This document shows positions 8,233 through 18,467 of a DNA stretch of 33,315 nt, one piece after another. The position numbers and the translations under genes are program-made. The DNA comes from Myxococcota bacterium (GTDB lineage: Bacteria; Myxococcota; JACRCW01). The notes under the pieces were generated by a model. The model was not told the DNA's origin. It worked only from the letters and a program-made list of their open reading frames with translations, and ran no database searches. Positions within the stretch are counted from its first letter, which is position 1; the number at the start of each line of letters is the position of its first letter. Where the stretch lies: NCBI GenBank assembly GCA_040752415.1, contig JBFMGU010000115.1, positions 1-33,315 of the forward strand, in the 5' to 3' direction.

Positions 8233-10449
8233 CTACCCTTCCGGCGCCGGTGGGTGCGGGTCCACTCTCTCCGTCGGGGCAGCGGTAGCTGCCGGCGCGG
8301 TCTCCATGGGGCTGGTGGGCGGGATGCTCTTGTTCTTGTCGTCCCGGTGCGAGGCCTTGATGTCACCCTTGTGGATGGCCACCGGCAGCTTGACGATGAA
8401 CTCCGCGCCCTTCCCCTTGCGCGAGCGCACCTCGATGGTCCCGCCGTGCGCCTGCACAATGCGCTGACAGATGGCCAGCCCCAGGCCGGTGCCCTTCTCC
8501 TTCGTGGTGAAGAAGGGGATGAACAGGCTCTTGGCAATGTCCGGCGCAATGCCCGGTCCGTTGTCCTTGATGCGCATCTCCACCATGCCGCTGCGGCCGG
8601 TCCCGTCGTGGAGCGTGGATTCCACCGTGGCGCGCGCCGGCCGCGTGGCAATCAGCAGCCGCCCCTTTCCCTCCATGGCCTGCACCGCGTTGAGGATGAG
8701 GTTCAGGATGACCTGGCGGATCTGCTCGGCGTCGCCCATGACGCGCGGGAGGTCGCGGGCCAGCGCCAGGCGCACGCGCACCTCGGCGGGAATCTCCTTG
8801 GCCTTGAGCAGCTTCACCGTCTTCTGCAGCGCGTCGTTGATGTCAAACGGGACGAAGGTGCCGCGGTAGGGCCGCGCGTAGTCCAGGAACGTGCTCACCA
8901 CGTGATTGAGCCGGTCCACCTCGTCGACGATGACCTGCAGGAACTCGCCCTCGTCGCCACCCACGGTGGACGGGTCCAGGTACTGCGCCGCGCTCTTGAT
9001 GGCGCCCAGCGGGTTGCGGATCTCGTGCGCCAGGCCGGCGGCCATCTCGCCCAGCGCGGCCAGGCGGTCACGCTCCTTGAGCCGCTCGAACATCTGGCTG
9101 TTCTCCACGCTGATGGCCATCTGCTCGGCCAGCTGCGCCAGGAGCGCAATCTCCTCGGTGGAGTACGCCTCCGCCAGGCGCTCGTCGCGCAGGCACAACA
9201 GGCCCACCACGCGGTCATGCCCCACGATGGGGAACGCCAGGTCCGCGCGCATGGCCTCCAGCGCGTCCAGCAGGTTCTGGTCCCGCTGGGTGAGCTGCGC
9301 GGACATGATGGCGCCGTCTGCGCCCTCCACCCGGCTCTCCAGCACGCGACGCATCAGCACGTCCGCCATCAGCGGGCCGCGGTCCTCGTCCAGACGGGCG
9401 AACAGGGTGCCGTGCACACGGTGGCTCACGCTGCTGGAGGGGCGCGGGCCGCGGTGCGCCTGCAGGCGGAAGCTCAGTCCGTCAGGGGAGAGCAGGTAGA
9501 CGCTGCAGTGGGTGACGCGCTTGGTGTCGTAGATGACGTCCAGCGCGCGCTCGGTCACCTTGGGCACCTCGATGACGGAGGCAATCTCCCGCACCAGCGC
9601 GCGCATGGTGAGCGTGAAGTCCAGCTGCTCCTGGAAGAACACGCGCGTGGTGGCCTGCTCCAGCGCGGTGCGCAGCGGCTCGAAGAGGATGAGGATCACC
9701 GCGCTGGCCACCAGCGTGTTGAAGAAGAACGGACCGGGCCGGTCGCCCACCCACACCACCAGCGCGCCGTAGATGACGGCCAGGATGAGCCCCAGCGTGC
9801 TGAGCACCGCGGCCTTGCCCAGCAGCTCGTGCAGGTCCAGCAGGCGCAGCCGCAGCAGGGCCTGGCTCAGGAAGTACATGTAGATGGCCACGAACACGCC
9901 GCCCACGGGCGGGAAGCCCACCTCCACGGCGGTGAGCCCGTCCAGCACGGCGCCAAACAGCGCAATGGTCCCGGCCACGGCCAGGTAGCGCAGGCGCGCG
10001 CGCTGGGCCGCCAGCTCCACCCGTCGGGCGCGTTGCTCCATCTGCCAGAAGCGCGTGCCCAGGGTGATGACCAGCAGGGTGGCGCATGCCACGCCCGCGC
10101 CCACGCTGGGGCCCCACGGCGACAATGCCAGGATGCTCATCAACACGGCCACGACGACCGCGTCCCGTCGTCGGGAGGCCGCCTTCTCCCCGGTCTCGCC
10201 CAGCAGCCCCTCGAAGAACAACGAGGCGGTGACCACGATGGTCCCGGCGATGATGAGCCGCACCCGCCCCAGCCCGCCCGCCGGCACCAGCGCCTGGAGG
10301 ATCACCGCGAGGTAGTACGCCGAGACGCTGACGCTCAGGGCCAGGAAGCGCACGTAGAGCGGGCGACGGTCCTTCAGCACCAGCGCCGCCGCGGACGCCA
10401 GCGAGACCACGATGGCGAGGAGCGCCGCCTGGGTGGAGAGGGTCAGCAT
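8233..10449 (-). CDS. Membrane-bound sensor histidine kinase (multi-TM N-terminus, GAF, HisKA, HATPase)
   Basis: H-box LGEMAAGLAHEIRNPL; N-box QVILNLILNAVQAM; DNGPGI; FIPFFTTKEKGTGLGLAI; GAF end YSTEEIALLAQLAEQMAISVEN. Start taken at ATG 10449. Confidence 0.93.
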   Translation of the reverse strand: MLTLSTQAALLAIVVSLASAAALVLKDRRPLYVRFLALSVSVSAYYLAVILQALVPAGGLGRVRLIIAGTIVVTASLFFEGLLGETGEKAASRRRDAVVVAVLMSILALSPWGPSVGAGVACATLLVITLGTRFWQMEQRARRVELAAQRARLRYLAVAGTIALFGAVLDGLTAVEVGFPPVGGVFVAIYMYFLSQALLRLRLLDLHELLGKAAVLSTLGLILAVIYGALVVWVGDRPGPFFFNTLVASAVILILFEPLRTALEQATTRVFFQEQLDFTLTMRALVREIASVIEVPKVTERALDVIYDTKRVTHCSVYLLSPDGLSFRLQAHRGPRPSSSVSHRVHGTLFARLDEDRGPLMADVLMRRVLESRVEGADGAIMSAQLTQRDQNLLDALEAMRADLAFPIVGHDRVVGLLCLRDERLAEAYSTEEIALLAQLAEQMAISVENSQMFERLKERDRLAALGEMAAGLAHEIRNPLGAIKSAAQYLDPSTVGGDEGEFLQVIVDEVDRLNHVVSTFLDYARPYRGTFVPFDINDALQKTVKLLKAKEIPAEVRVRLALARDLPRVMGDAEQIRQVILNLILNAVQAMEGKGRLLIATRPARATVESTLHDGTGRSGMVEMRIKDNGPGIAPDIAKSLFIPFFTTKEKGTGLGLAICQRIVQAHGGTIEVRSRKGKGAEFIVKLPVAIHKGDIKASHRDDKNKSIPPTSPMETAPAATAAPTERVDPHPPAPEG

Positions 10450-10881
10450 GGGTCGCGGGCATCCTAGCAAGGTCCGGCAGCGGACGCCGTGTCCCCGGCC
10501 CGCGCGACGAGCACGTGGTCCTGACCACCGCCGGGGCGCTCCGGCATGACAGCGGTGCCCCCTCCGGTGTGGCCGGCACGAAGCGGCGTTGTGCCCCCCT
10601 CCCGATCCCGCTCCCGGAACGGAACGTCAGGGGACCTGGAACACGCACGCCCCAGGTTTCCGACGAACCGGGCGACAACCCACGGACTCCGGCGCACGCT
10701 CAAATTCCGGGATCGGAAGCGGGAGGGGAAAGACAAAGCCGTTTCCTGCTGGCCACGCAGACCGAGCCCGCCTTCCGGTGCGCGCGTCACGACCCACCGA
10801 GGACAAAAGCGCGCCGATGCGCGCGCGAAGGTCCGCCGAAGCCCCCTAAACTGTTCGTTGGGTAGTGCGCGGAGTGTGCAG

Positions 10882-11004
10882 ATGGTGCTCGTCCGGGGGG
10901 ACAGCAGCAGATCACCCCCATGGCGGAAGTTCGCCGCCACGCGGGAGGAGGGCCTGGCGCTGCTCGCGGAGCGCAAGAAGCAGGTGCTGGCGCGGCCGCG
11001 GTGA
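10882..11004 (+). pseudogene. Possible C-terminal remnant of a STAS/SEC14-like protein
   Basis: The short ORF ends ...KFAATREEGLALLAERKKQ, resembling the F-x-T-x-EEA-x-AWL terminal helix recalled for that family. Codons are coding-like only in this stretch. Confidence 0.3.
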
Positions 11005-11061
11005 CGTCGGCGCTTGGCGGGTTCCTTGCCGCTGCCACGGGGGGTGGGACAAGCTGGGGAG

Positions 11062-12429
11062 ATGTCATGGCTCACCTCGCCCTCGGAGCAACGGGCGGCG
11101 CTGTCGGTCTCCACGGCGGGGAATGACGCCGTTGCCGCGCAGGTGCAGGACCTCTTCATGCAGGCGGGACGCCAGGGGGAGCGCGCGGTGGGCGTGGTCC
11201 GCCTGGTGGTGGCCGGCCTGGCGCTGGTGCGTCACGTCTACTTCAACCTCGACGAGCTGCTCCGCCTGGAGCGCAAGGAGACCATCACCGGCGCGGTCAT
11301 CACCCTGGCCTTGCTGCTGGCCATCCCGTCCCTGCGCGTGCCCGACTACCGCGCCTGGGAGCGCCTGCGCAGCTTCATGCTGGCCTCCATCACGGTCGAC
11401 GCGCTGGTGGTGTTTGGCGCGCTCATCTCCCTGGTGATCTGGCCGGCCCCGGACTACCGCGGCTTCCTGGGCGCGCCGTACTTCTCGGTGGTGTTCGTGA
11501 GCATCATCATCTGCGGACTGCGGCTGTCCCGCTGGGCCGCGGTGTACGGCACCATCATCAACCTGGCGCTCTTCGCCACGCTGCTGGCGCTCGACGGCGC
11601 GCGCAACGCTGCGGTGCGGAACTACACCGCCGGGCACGTGGCCTTCGTGGTGATCCTGATTGGTGCGGCGGGCGCGGTGGGGGTGGTGGTGGCCTCCCGC
11701 ACGCGGGCGCTGGTGCTGGAGAGCGCGGCGCGCATGATGGAAGCAGCCCGCATCCGCTCCCGCCTGGGCGCGTACATGGCGCGGGAGGTGGTGGAGGCGG
11801 CGCTGCAGGCGCGCGAGATGAAGATGGGCGGACAGCGCCAGGACGTGGCGGTGCTGTTCAGCGACCTGCGCGGCTTCACCGCCTACTCGGAGAGGTTGGA
11901 GCCCGAGCAGCTGGTGAGCCAGCTCAACGCGTACCTGGAGGTCATGGTGGCGGCCATCCAGGCGGAAGGCGGCGTGGTGGACAAGTACATTGGCGACGCG
12001 ATCATGGCGGTGTTTGGCGCCCCACGCACCCGTGGCGACGACGCGGCGCGGGCCATGCGGGCCGCCGCGCGGATGCAGCAGGCGCTCGGGGAGCACAACC
12101 GTGCGCGCGCCGCGCGCGGGCTGCCGCCGCTGGAGCAGGGCATCGGGCTGCACTACGGACCGGTGGTGGCGGGCAACGTGGGGACCTTGGAGCAGGCGCA
12201 GTACACCATCGTGGGGGACACGGTGAACCTGGCCAGCCGCCTGGAGAGCATGACCAAGGAGCAGAAGGTCCCGGTGCTGATCTCCCAGGCCCTCCTCGAC
12301 GCTGCCGCCGGCGCGGAGACCCCCGCGGTGGCCCCGTGCGGCACGGTGAAGGTGCGCGGTCGGGAAACGCCCGTGGCGGTCTACACGCTGGCCCCCGACG
12401 GGAGAGACGCGGCGCGCGCCACCGGTTAG
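11062..12429 (+). CDS. Membrane-anchored class III adenylate/guanylate cyclase (adenylate-type residues)
   Basis: ~6 TM helices, then VLFSDLRGFT, VVDKYIGDAIMAVFG, GIGLHYGPVVAGNVG and YTIVGDTVNLASRLES. Start uncertain. Confidence 0.93.
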   Translation: MSWLTSPSEQRAALSVSTAGNDAVAAQVQDLFMQAGRQGERAVGVVRLVVAGLALVRHVYFNLDELLRLERKETITGAVITLALLLAIPSLRVPDYRAWERLRSFMLASITVDALVVFGALISLVIWPAPDYRGFLGAPYFSVVFVSIIICGLRLSRWAAVYGTIINLALFATLLALDGARNAAVRNYTAGHVAFVVILIGAAGAVGVVVASRTRALVLESAARMMEAARIRSRLGAYMAREVVEAALQAREMKMGGQRQDVAVLFSDLRGFTAYSERLEPEQLVSQLNAYLEVMVAAIQAEGGVVDKYIGDAIMAVFGAPRTRGDDAARAMRAAARMQQALGEHNRARAARGLPPLEQGIGLHYGPVVAGNVGTLEQAQYTIVGDTVNLASRLESMTKEQKVPVLISQALLDAAAGAETPAVAPCGTVKVRGRETPVAVYTLAPDGRDAARATG

Positions 12430-12468
12430 TTGGTGGTGCGCGTGCAGTTCCAGCTCAACCGGTGAGCC

Positions 12469-12819
12469 TCACCCCTCCACGTGCAGCTCGAACCCCACGT
12501 CCTCCGCCTCAATGGCCGCGCGCAGCTTCTCCAGCGTGGCGCGCGTCTTCTCGTCGGGTGGGTGGTCCAGGTCCAGGCGGATGATGACCTGCTTGCCTTC
12601 GCTCTCCGGGTAGCGGCGGTACATCTCCCCGTCGAGCGCGAAGGTCATGTAGCTGTTGAGCTTGGCCTGCAGTTTCAGCAGCTGCTCGTGTGAACCATCC
12701 CACGGTCCCCGCTGGATCACGACGAGCCGGTACGCATCCGCCTTGCGATCATGCGTCACCAGGTCAATGACGCCGGGATGGTTGATGCCCACCCGCGGCG
12801 GGGGCGGTTGGTTCAGCAT
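12469..12819 (-). CDS. DUF6572-like hypothetical protein
   Basis: Pattern VIDLV...LV.....W......L..LQ.KLN.Y..F..DG.....YP recalled for DUF6572; GGGAGG-like context not clear on this strand. Confidence 0.7.
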   Translation of the reverse strand: MLNQPPPPRVGINHPGVIDLVTHDRKADAYRLVVIQRGPWDGSHEQLLKLQAKLNSYMTFALDGEMYRRYPESEGKQVIIRLDLDHPPDEKTRATLEKLRAAIEAEDVGFELHVEG

Positions 12820-12920
12820 GGGACACAGATAGCGGGAGGGCGTGCGCGGATCCAGGCGTCGTCGACGGGCGGGTCGTAAAAGGCTAACCTCCGCCCCGTT
12901 TCCGACGAGGGAGGTGGCGC

Positions 12921-13466
12921 ATGCGTGCTGTGCAGCTGGCGACTGTGATGTGCGTGGCCCTGGCGGTGGGCTGGTTGCTCCTGCGTCCCACCACGGGCGG
13001 AGAGGATGCGCTGCTGGTCAACCGTCTCTGGGTGGAGCGCCTGCCGCGCGACGACAAGGACATGGTGCTGCGCCTCATCCTCGTCGAGGAGGAGGGCGAG
13101 CAGGGCGGGGCGGTGCTCGTGAGCTCGGCGTGGCGCATCTTCGTGGAGCTGTTCTTCTTCACGCTGCAGGGCGACCAGATGCGCGTGGAGCTGCCGCAGG
13201 AGGGCAAGCACTTCAACGCCAAGGTTCGCACCTGGCGCTGCAAGGGCCAGGCGCCGGAGCCCTTTGAGCTGTGCCTGGAGGTACGCGTGGCCCGCAAGAA
13301 GCAGCTCTTCTACAGCCGCGAGGACTGGGTGATCCGTCCCGGTGAGCGGGTGCCCGGCACCGTGGCGCTGGCCCCCACCGCCGAGGCCCTGCGCGGGCCC
13401 TCCTGTGTCGATTGCGTCGAGGGCGGGGAGGAGCTGCTGCTGCGCTCGGCGTCGACGGAACCGTGA
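12921..13466 (+). CDS. Hypothetical membrane-anchored/secreted protein
   Basis: GGAGG RBS before ATG; N-terminal hydrophobic helix; coding-like codon usage; C-terminal CxxC. Confidence 0.8.
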   Translation: MRAVQLATVMCVALAVGWLLLRPTTGGEDALLVNRLWVERLPRDDKDMVLRLILVEEEGEQGGAVLVSSAWRIFVELFFFTLQGDQMRVELPQEGKHFNAKVRTWRCKGQAPEPFELCLEVRVARKKQLFYSREDWVIRPGERVPGTVALAPTAEALRGPSCVDCVEGGEELLLRSASTEP

Positions 13467-13496
13467 GCGCGGCGCCTGTCGCCCAGGGCCACGCTT

Positions 13497-13610
13497 GGGA
13501 TTCCCGAAAGGAGGTCAGAAGTCAGAAGTCAGGAGTCAGAATGGCGGGCCACGACGTCAACCAGGCTGCCCCTTCTGACTTCTGACTTCTGACTTCTGAC
13601 TCCTGACTTC
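13497..13610. repeat. Inverted heptamer arrays (GTCAGAA)x4 / (TTCTGAC)x5
   Basis: GTCAGAA/GTCAGGA at 13514-13541 and TTCTGAC/TCCTGAC at 13573-13607 can form a long hairpin. Same family as 490-604. Confidence 0.9.
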
Positions 13611-13705
13611 CATTTCTGCCTGCCCCGCCATGTCCCACCTTGCGTTACATCGCTGTCGTCGAGGATCTGGCCAAATGTCCGGTCCGGCCTATAATTTAGG
13701 AGCCA

Positions 13706-15123
<1,418 letters not shown>

Positions 15124-15130
<7 letters not shown>

Positions 15131-15717
15131 ACAGTTCCGTGCTGGTCCTCAACCGCTACTACCAACCCGTCCACGTCACCAACGCACGCCGGGCCTTCAC
15201 GCTCCTGTTCGCCGGCGTGGCGCGCGCCATGGACCGCCAGTTCCAGCTCTTTGATTTCCCCTCCTGGGCCGCGCTGGCCGCGGAATACGGCGACGACACC
15301 GTCACCACGCCCACCCGCGTCCTGAAGGTGCCGCGCATCATCGTGCTGCAGGGGTTTGACCGCGTGCCGCGCGGGCGGATCCGCTTCTCCCGCTACAACA
15401 TCTACGCGCGTGACCAGAACACCTGCCAGTACTGCGGCAGGCGCTTTGACCGCGCCGAGCTGAACCTGGACCACGTGATCCCGCGCTCCAAGGGCGGGCG
15501 CACCACGTGGGAGAACATCGTGTGCAGCTGCATCCCCTGCAACCTGCGCAAGGGCGGGCGCACGCCGCAGGAGGCGGGCATGATGGTCCAGAAGGCGCCG
15601 GTGCGGCCCAAGTGGAGCCCCCTGTTCCGGCTCCCCAAGCACGTCCGCTACGACGAGTGGAAGCCCTTCCTGGACCCGGTGGACGCCTCCTACTGGAACA
15701 CCGAGCTCTTGGAGTGA
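15124..15717 (+). CDS. HNH endonuclease (McrA-like, zinc-binding)
   Basis: VLVLN..Y.P; FSRYNIYARDQNTCQYCG; LDHVIPRSKGGRTTWENIVCSCIPCNLRKG. GTG start overlaps the end of selA. Confidence 0.93.
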
Positions 15718-15724
15718 GCCCAAC

Positions 15725-16030
15725 GTGCCCGCGCGTTGTGACCGCTGCCAGGCCGAGCTGCCGGAGGGGGCACTGCGCTACCAGGCCCGGCTGCGCCTGT
15801 GCGGCGACACCGGCGGTGTGGTCAAGGATCCGCCCGGCGGTGCCCAAGCGGGCCGGCAGCAGCTGGACGCCGCGCTCCGGGAGGCCGAGCGCCTGACCGA
15901 AGCGGAATTGATGGAAGCAGTGATGGAGGAGTTTTGTTTTGTGCTCTGCCCTGAATGCAGGGATGCTTTGCGGACGGACCCGGCGGGGGCTGCCAACATG
16001 CGGGTTGGTCGGGTGAGGCTGAGGCAATGA
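15725..16030 (+). CDS. Small putative zinc-binding protein (CDRC...CPEC)
   Basis: Fills the operon gap, with ATGA overlap to the next gene; two CxxC motifs. Confidence 0.7.
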   Translation: MPARCDRCQAELPEGALRYQARLRLCGDTGGVVKDPPGGAQAGRQQLDAALREAERLTEAELMEAVMEEFCFVLCPECRDALRTDPAGAANMRVGRVRLRQ

Positions 16031-16956
16031 GCGCGGAAGGCCAGGGGCGCATCATCGCCGTGGGGGGTGGCAAGGGCGGCATTGGCAAGAGCCTGTGCTC
16101 CGCCAGCCTCTCCATTGCGCTGGCGCGCCTGGGCAACCGCGTGGTGGTGGTGGATGCGGACCTGGGCGGGGCCAACCTGCACACCTGCCTGGGCGTGCTG
16201 CCGCCGCTGGTGACCCTCAGCGACTTCGTCAACCGGCGCGTGGAGCAGCTGGAGGACGTCCTGGTGCGCACGCCCATGGAGGGGGTGAGCATGGTGGCGG
16301 GCGCCATGGACATGCTAGATTCCGCCAACCCCACGCACCAGCAGAAGCAGCGCCTCATCCGCCACCTGCTGCGCCTGCAGGCGGACTACGTCATCCTGGA
16401 CCTGGGCGCGGGCTCCTCGTTCAACATCCTGGATTTCTTCCTGCTGGCGGAGCACGGCATCCTGGTGATGGTCCCGGAACCCACCAGCGTGGAGAACGCC
16501 TACCGGTTCCTGAAGAGCGCCTACCTGCGGCGCTTTCGTACGGTGGAAAAAGTCTACGATATCAAGCACTTGATTGATGAGGCCATGGAGCAGCGGAATG
16601 AGCGGGGCATCCGCACGCCGCTGGACCTGGTGAATGCCATCAAGGCCACGGACGCGGAGGCGGGGAGCGCGCTGGAGCAGGAGATGGCCAAGATGCGGGT
16701 GCGGCTGCTGGTGAACCAGGTGCGGGAGCCGGCGGACGCCAAGGTGGGCGACCAGATCCGCATGGCCTGCCAGCGCTATTTCGGCGTGAATCTGGATTAC
16801 CTGGGATCCATCCCGCATGATGAGGCAGTCTGGCGAGCGGTGCGGGCCAAGCAGCCCCTGCTGCAGCACTCCCCGGGATCCCCTGCGGCGCAGGCGTTCT
16901 TCCCGATTGCGCAGCGGATCATGGCGTTGGATCGTGCCAGCATCCAGGCGGCGTGA
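16027..16956 (+). CDS. MinD/FlhG/ParA-family P-loop ATPase
   Basis: Deviant Walker A IIAVGGGKGGIGKS; VDADLGGANLHTCLG; ILDLGAG; PEPTSVENAY; LLVNQ. Start ATG 16027. Confidence 0.93.
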   Translation: MSAEGQGRIIAVGGGKGGIGKSLCSASLSIALARLGNRVVVVDADLGGANLHTCLGVLPPLVTLSDFVNRRVEQLEDVLVRTPMEGVSMVAGAMDMLDSANPTHQQKQRLIRHLLRLQADYVILDLGAGSSFNILDFFLLAEHGILVMVPEPTSVENAYRFLKSAYLRRFRTVEKVYDIKHLIDEAMEQRNERGIRTPLDLVNAIKATDAEAGSALEQEMAKMRVRLLVNQVREPADAKVGDQIRMACQRYFGVNLDYLGSIPHDEAVWRAVRAKQPLLQHSPGSPAAQAFFPIAQRIMALDRASIQAA

Positions 16957-18209
16957 CGGAGGAGATCCTGGAGATCGTGATGCCAGCCCCGCGGACCCTC
17001 TACGAGATCCTGGACCTGCGCCCGGACGCCACCCAGAGCGACGTGGAAGCGGGCTACCAGCGCGCGTTGGAGGTGTTCAGCGAGGACAGCCTGGCCTCCT
17101 ACGCGCTCTTCACCCCCGACGAGGCGGACCGCGTGCGCAAGGAGATCCAGATGGCGTACTCGGTGCTGCGCCACGGACCCAGCCGCTCCGCGTATGACGC
17201 CGCGCTGGCCGCCGCCACCGACAAGGCCGCCGCCACGCTCTCCTTCACCACCATCTGGGAGCAGGGCGCCAGCTCGCTCTCCGACAGCACCATGGGCACG
17301 CCGCTGAGCACGCGTCGTCCGGTGACCGCGGAGAAACCCGCCGAGGCCGCCGCGGAGCCGGAGGCCGCGGCTGTCCCGACGTCGTCGGCGCCGGCGGGAA
17401 CGCGCAGCAGCACCGGGCGCATGCTGGTGATTGCCCCGCCGGTGGAGGACGTGCCGGCCGCGGTGGACACGGTGAGCGAGGAGCTGCCGCCGCTGCCGCC
17501 GCCCGCGCCCCTCGAGACTGCGCCGGTGGTGGCCACGCCCTCGTCGGTGCCGGTCTCGTTGTCGCCCACCGAGCCCCCCGCGCCCGCGCCAGGGCTCTCC
17601 GCGTACCCCACCATCCCGCCCACGGAGTTCCACACGCTGGTGCCTCCGTCGGTGGCCGCGCCCACCGAGCCGCCTTCCGCGGTGCCCATGCCGGCACCGG
17701 CCGCGCCTCCCCCTGCCGCCGCGCCCGTCGCCACGCCGGTTGCGGCGGCGCCCGCTCCGGTTGCCCCTCCCGCGCCGGTGGCGGTGGCCACGCCAGCTCC
17801 CGCGGCCGCCCCGACGATGTCCAACCCGCCCGGCGGACCGCGCTTCAAGCGCGTGCGCGTGGACGACGACGCCATTGCCGCGAACATTGCCCGCGCGGTG
17901 GTGGGCCCCGTGCCCAGCGCCACCTCCGACGCGCCCCTGGAGCTTCCCGCCGACGGAGAGATCAACGGCTCGGTGCTGCAGCGCCTGCGCGAGGCGCGCA
18001 ACATGGACCTGCGCACCATGGCCGGCATCACCAAGGTGGGCATCAACTACCTGCGCGCCATCGAGGCCAATGACTTCGGTGAGCTGCCGGCGCGCGTGTA
18101 CCTGCGCGGTTTCCTCATCCAGTACGCGCGCGCGCTGCGCGTGAACCCCGAGCGCCTGGCGGGCGGCTACCTCGCCTTCGCCGACCGGTACCGCAAGGAG
18201 ATCCGCTGA
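16953..18209 (+). CDS. J-domain-like (no HPD) + Pro/Ala linker + RodZ-like XRE HTH protein
   Basis: N-terminus LYEILDL..DAT..DVEAGY...AYSVL....RSAYD; C-terminus G..LQRLREAR......MA.ITKV...YLRAIE...F..LPARVYLRGFL..YARAL. GTGA overlap with the ATPase. Confidence 0.85.
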   Translation: MTEEILEIVMPAPRTLYEILDLRPDATQSDVEAGYQRALEVFSEDSLASYALFTPDEADRVRKEIQMAYSVLRHGPSRSAYDAALAAATDKAAATLSFTTIWEQGASSLSDSTMGTPLSTRRPVTAEKPAEAAAEPEAAAVPTSSAPAGTRSSTGRMLVIAPPVEDVPAAVDTVSEELPPLPPPAPLETAPVVATPSSVPVSLSPTEPPAPAPGLSAYPTIPPTEFHTLVPPSVAAPTEPPSAVPMPAPAAPPPAAAPVATPVAAAPAPVAPPAPVAVATPAPAAAPTMSNPPGGPRFKRVRVDDDAIAANIARAVVGPVPSATSDAPLELPADGEINGSVLQRLREARNMDLRTMAGITKVGINYLRAIEANDFGELPARVYLRGFLIQYARALRVNPERLAGGYLAFADRYRKEIR

Positions 18210-18267
18210 GCATTCCGTCGTACGGACGGTTTCCGTTGCGGTGTGACCGCTCTGGGAATCAGTTTGT

Positions 18268-18440
18268 GCCGCGTCGGTCCGAGGGAAAGCGGCACTTCAT
18301 GCCGCAGTCCGAAAGGGCCTTCGCGGTTGCGAACGCCCGCACCCGTGCGCCTGTGCCGGCATTCCCGTCCTCGCGGAAGAACGCGGCCGGCACTTTCGGA
18401 CTGCGGTATGAAGTACCGCTTTCCCTCGGACCGACGCGGC
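18268..18440. repeat. REPIN-like inverted pair (48-bp arms) between convergent genes
   Basis: 18268-18315 is the reverse complement of 18393-18440 with 2 differences. The core is AAAGCGGC-ACTTCAT-GCCGCAGTCC. Confidence 0.9.
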
Positions 18441-18467
18441 GCATCCGAACCCCAGTGCTCCCAGCCC

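Noticed and set aside
8140..10467. 775-aa + strand ORF
   Set aside because: Antisense shadow of the histidine kinase, typical of high-GC DNA.
12469..12819. DUF6572-like gene as an orphan immunity protein
   Set aside because: No adjacent toxin gene and no sequence evidence beyond small size.
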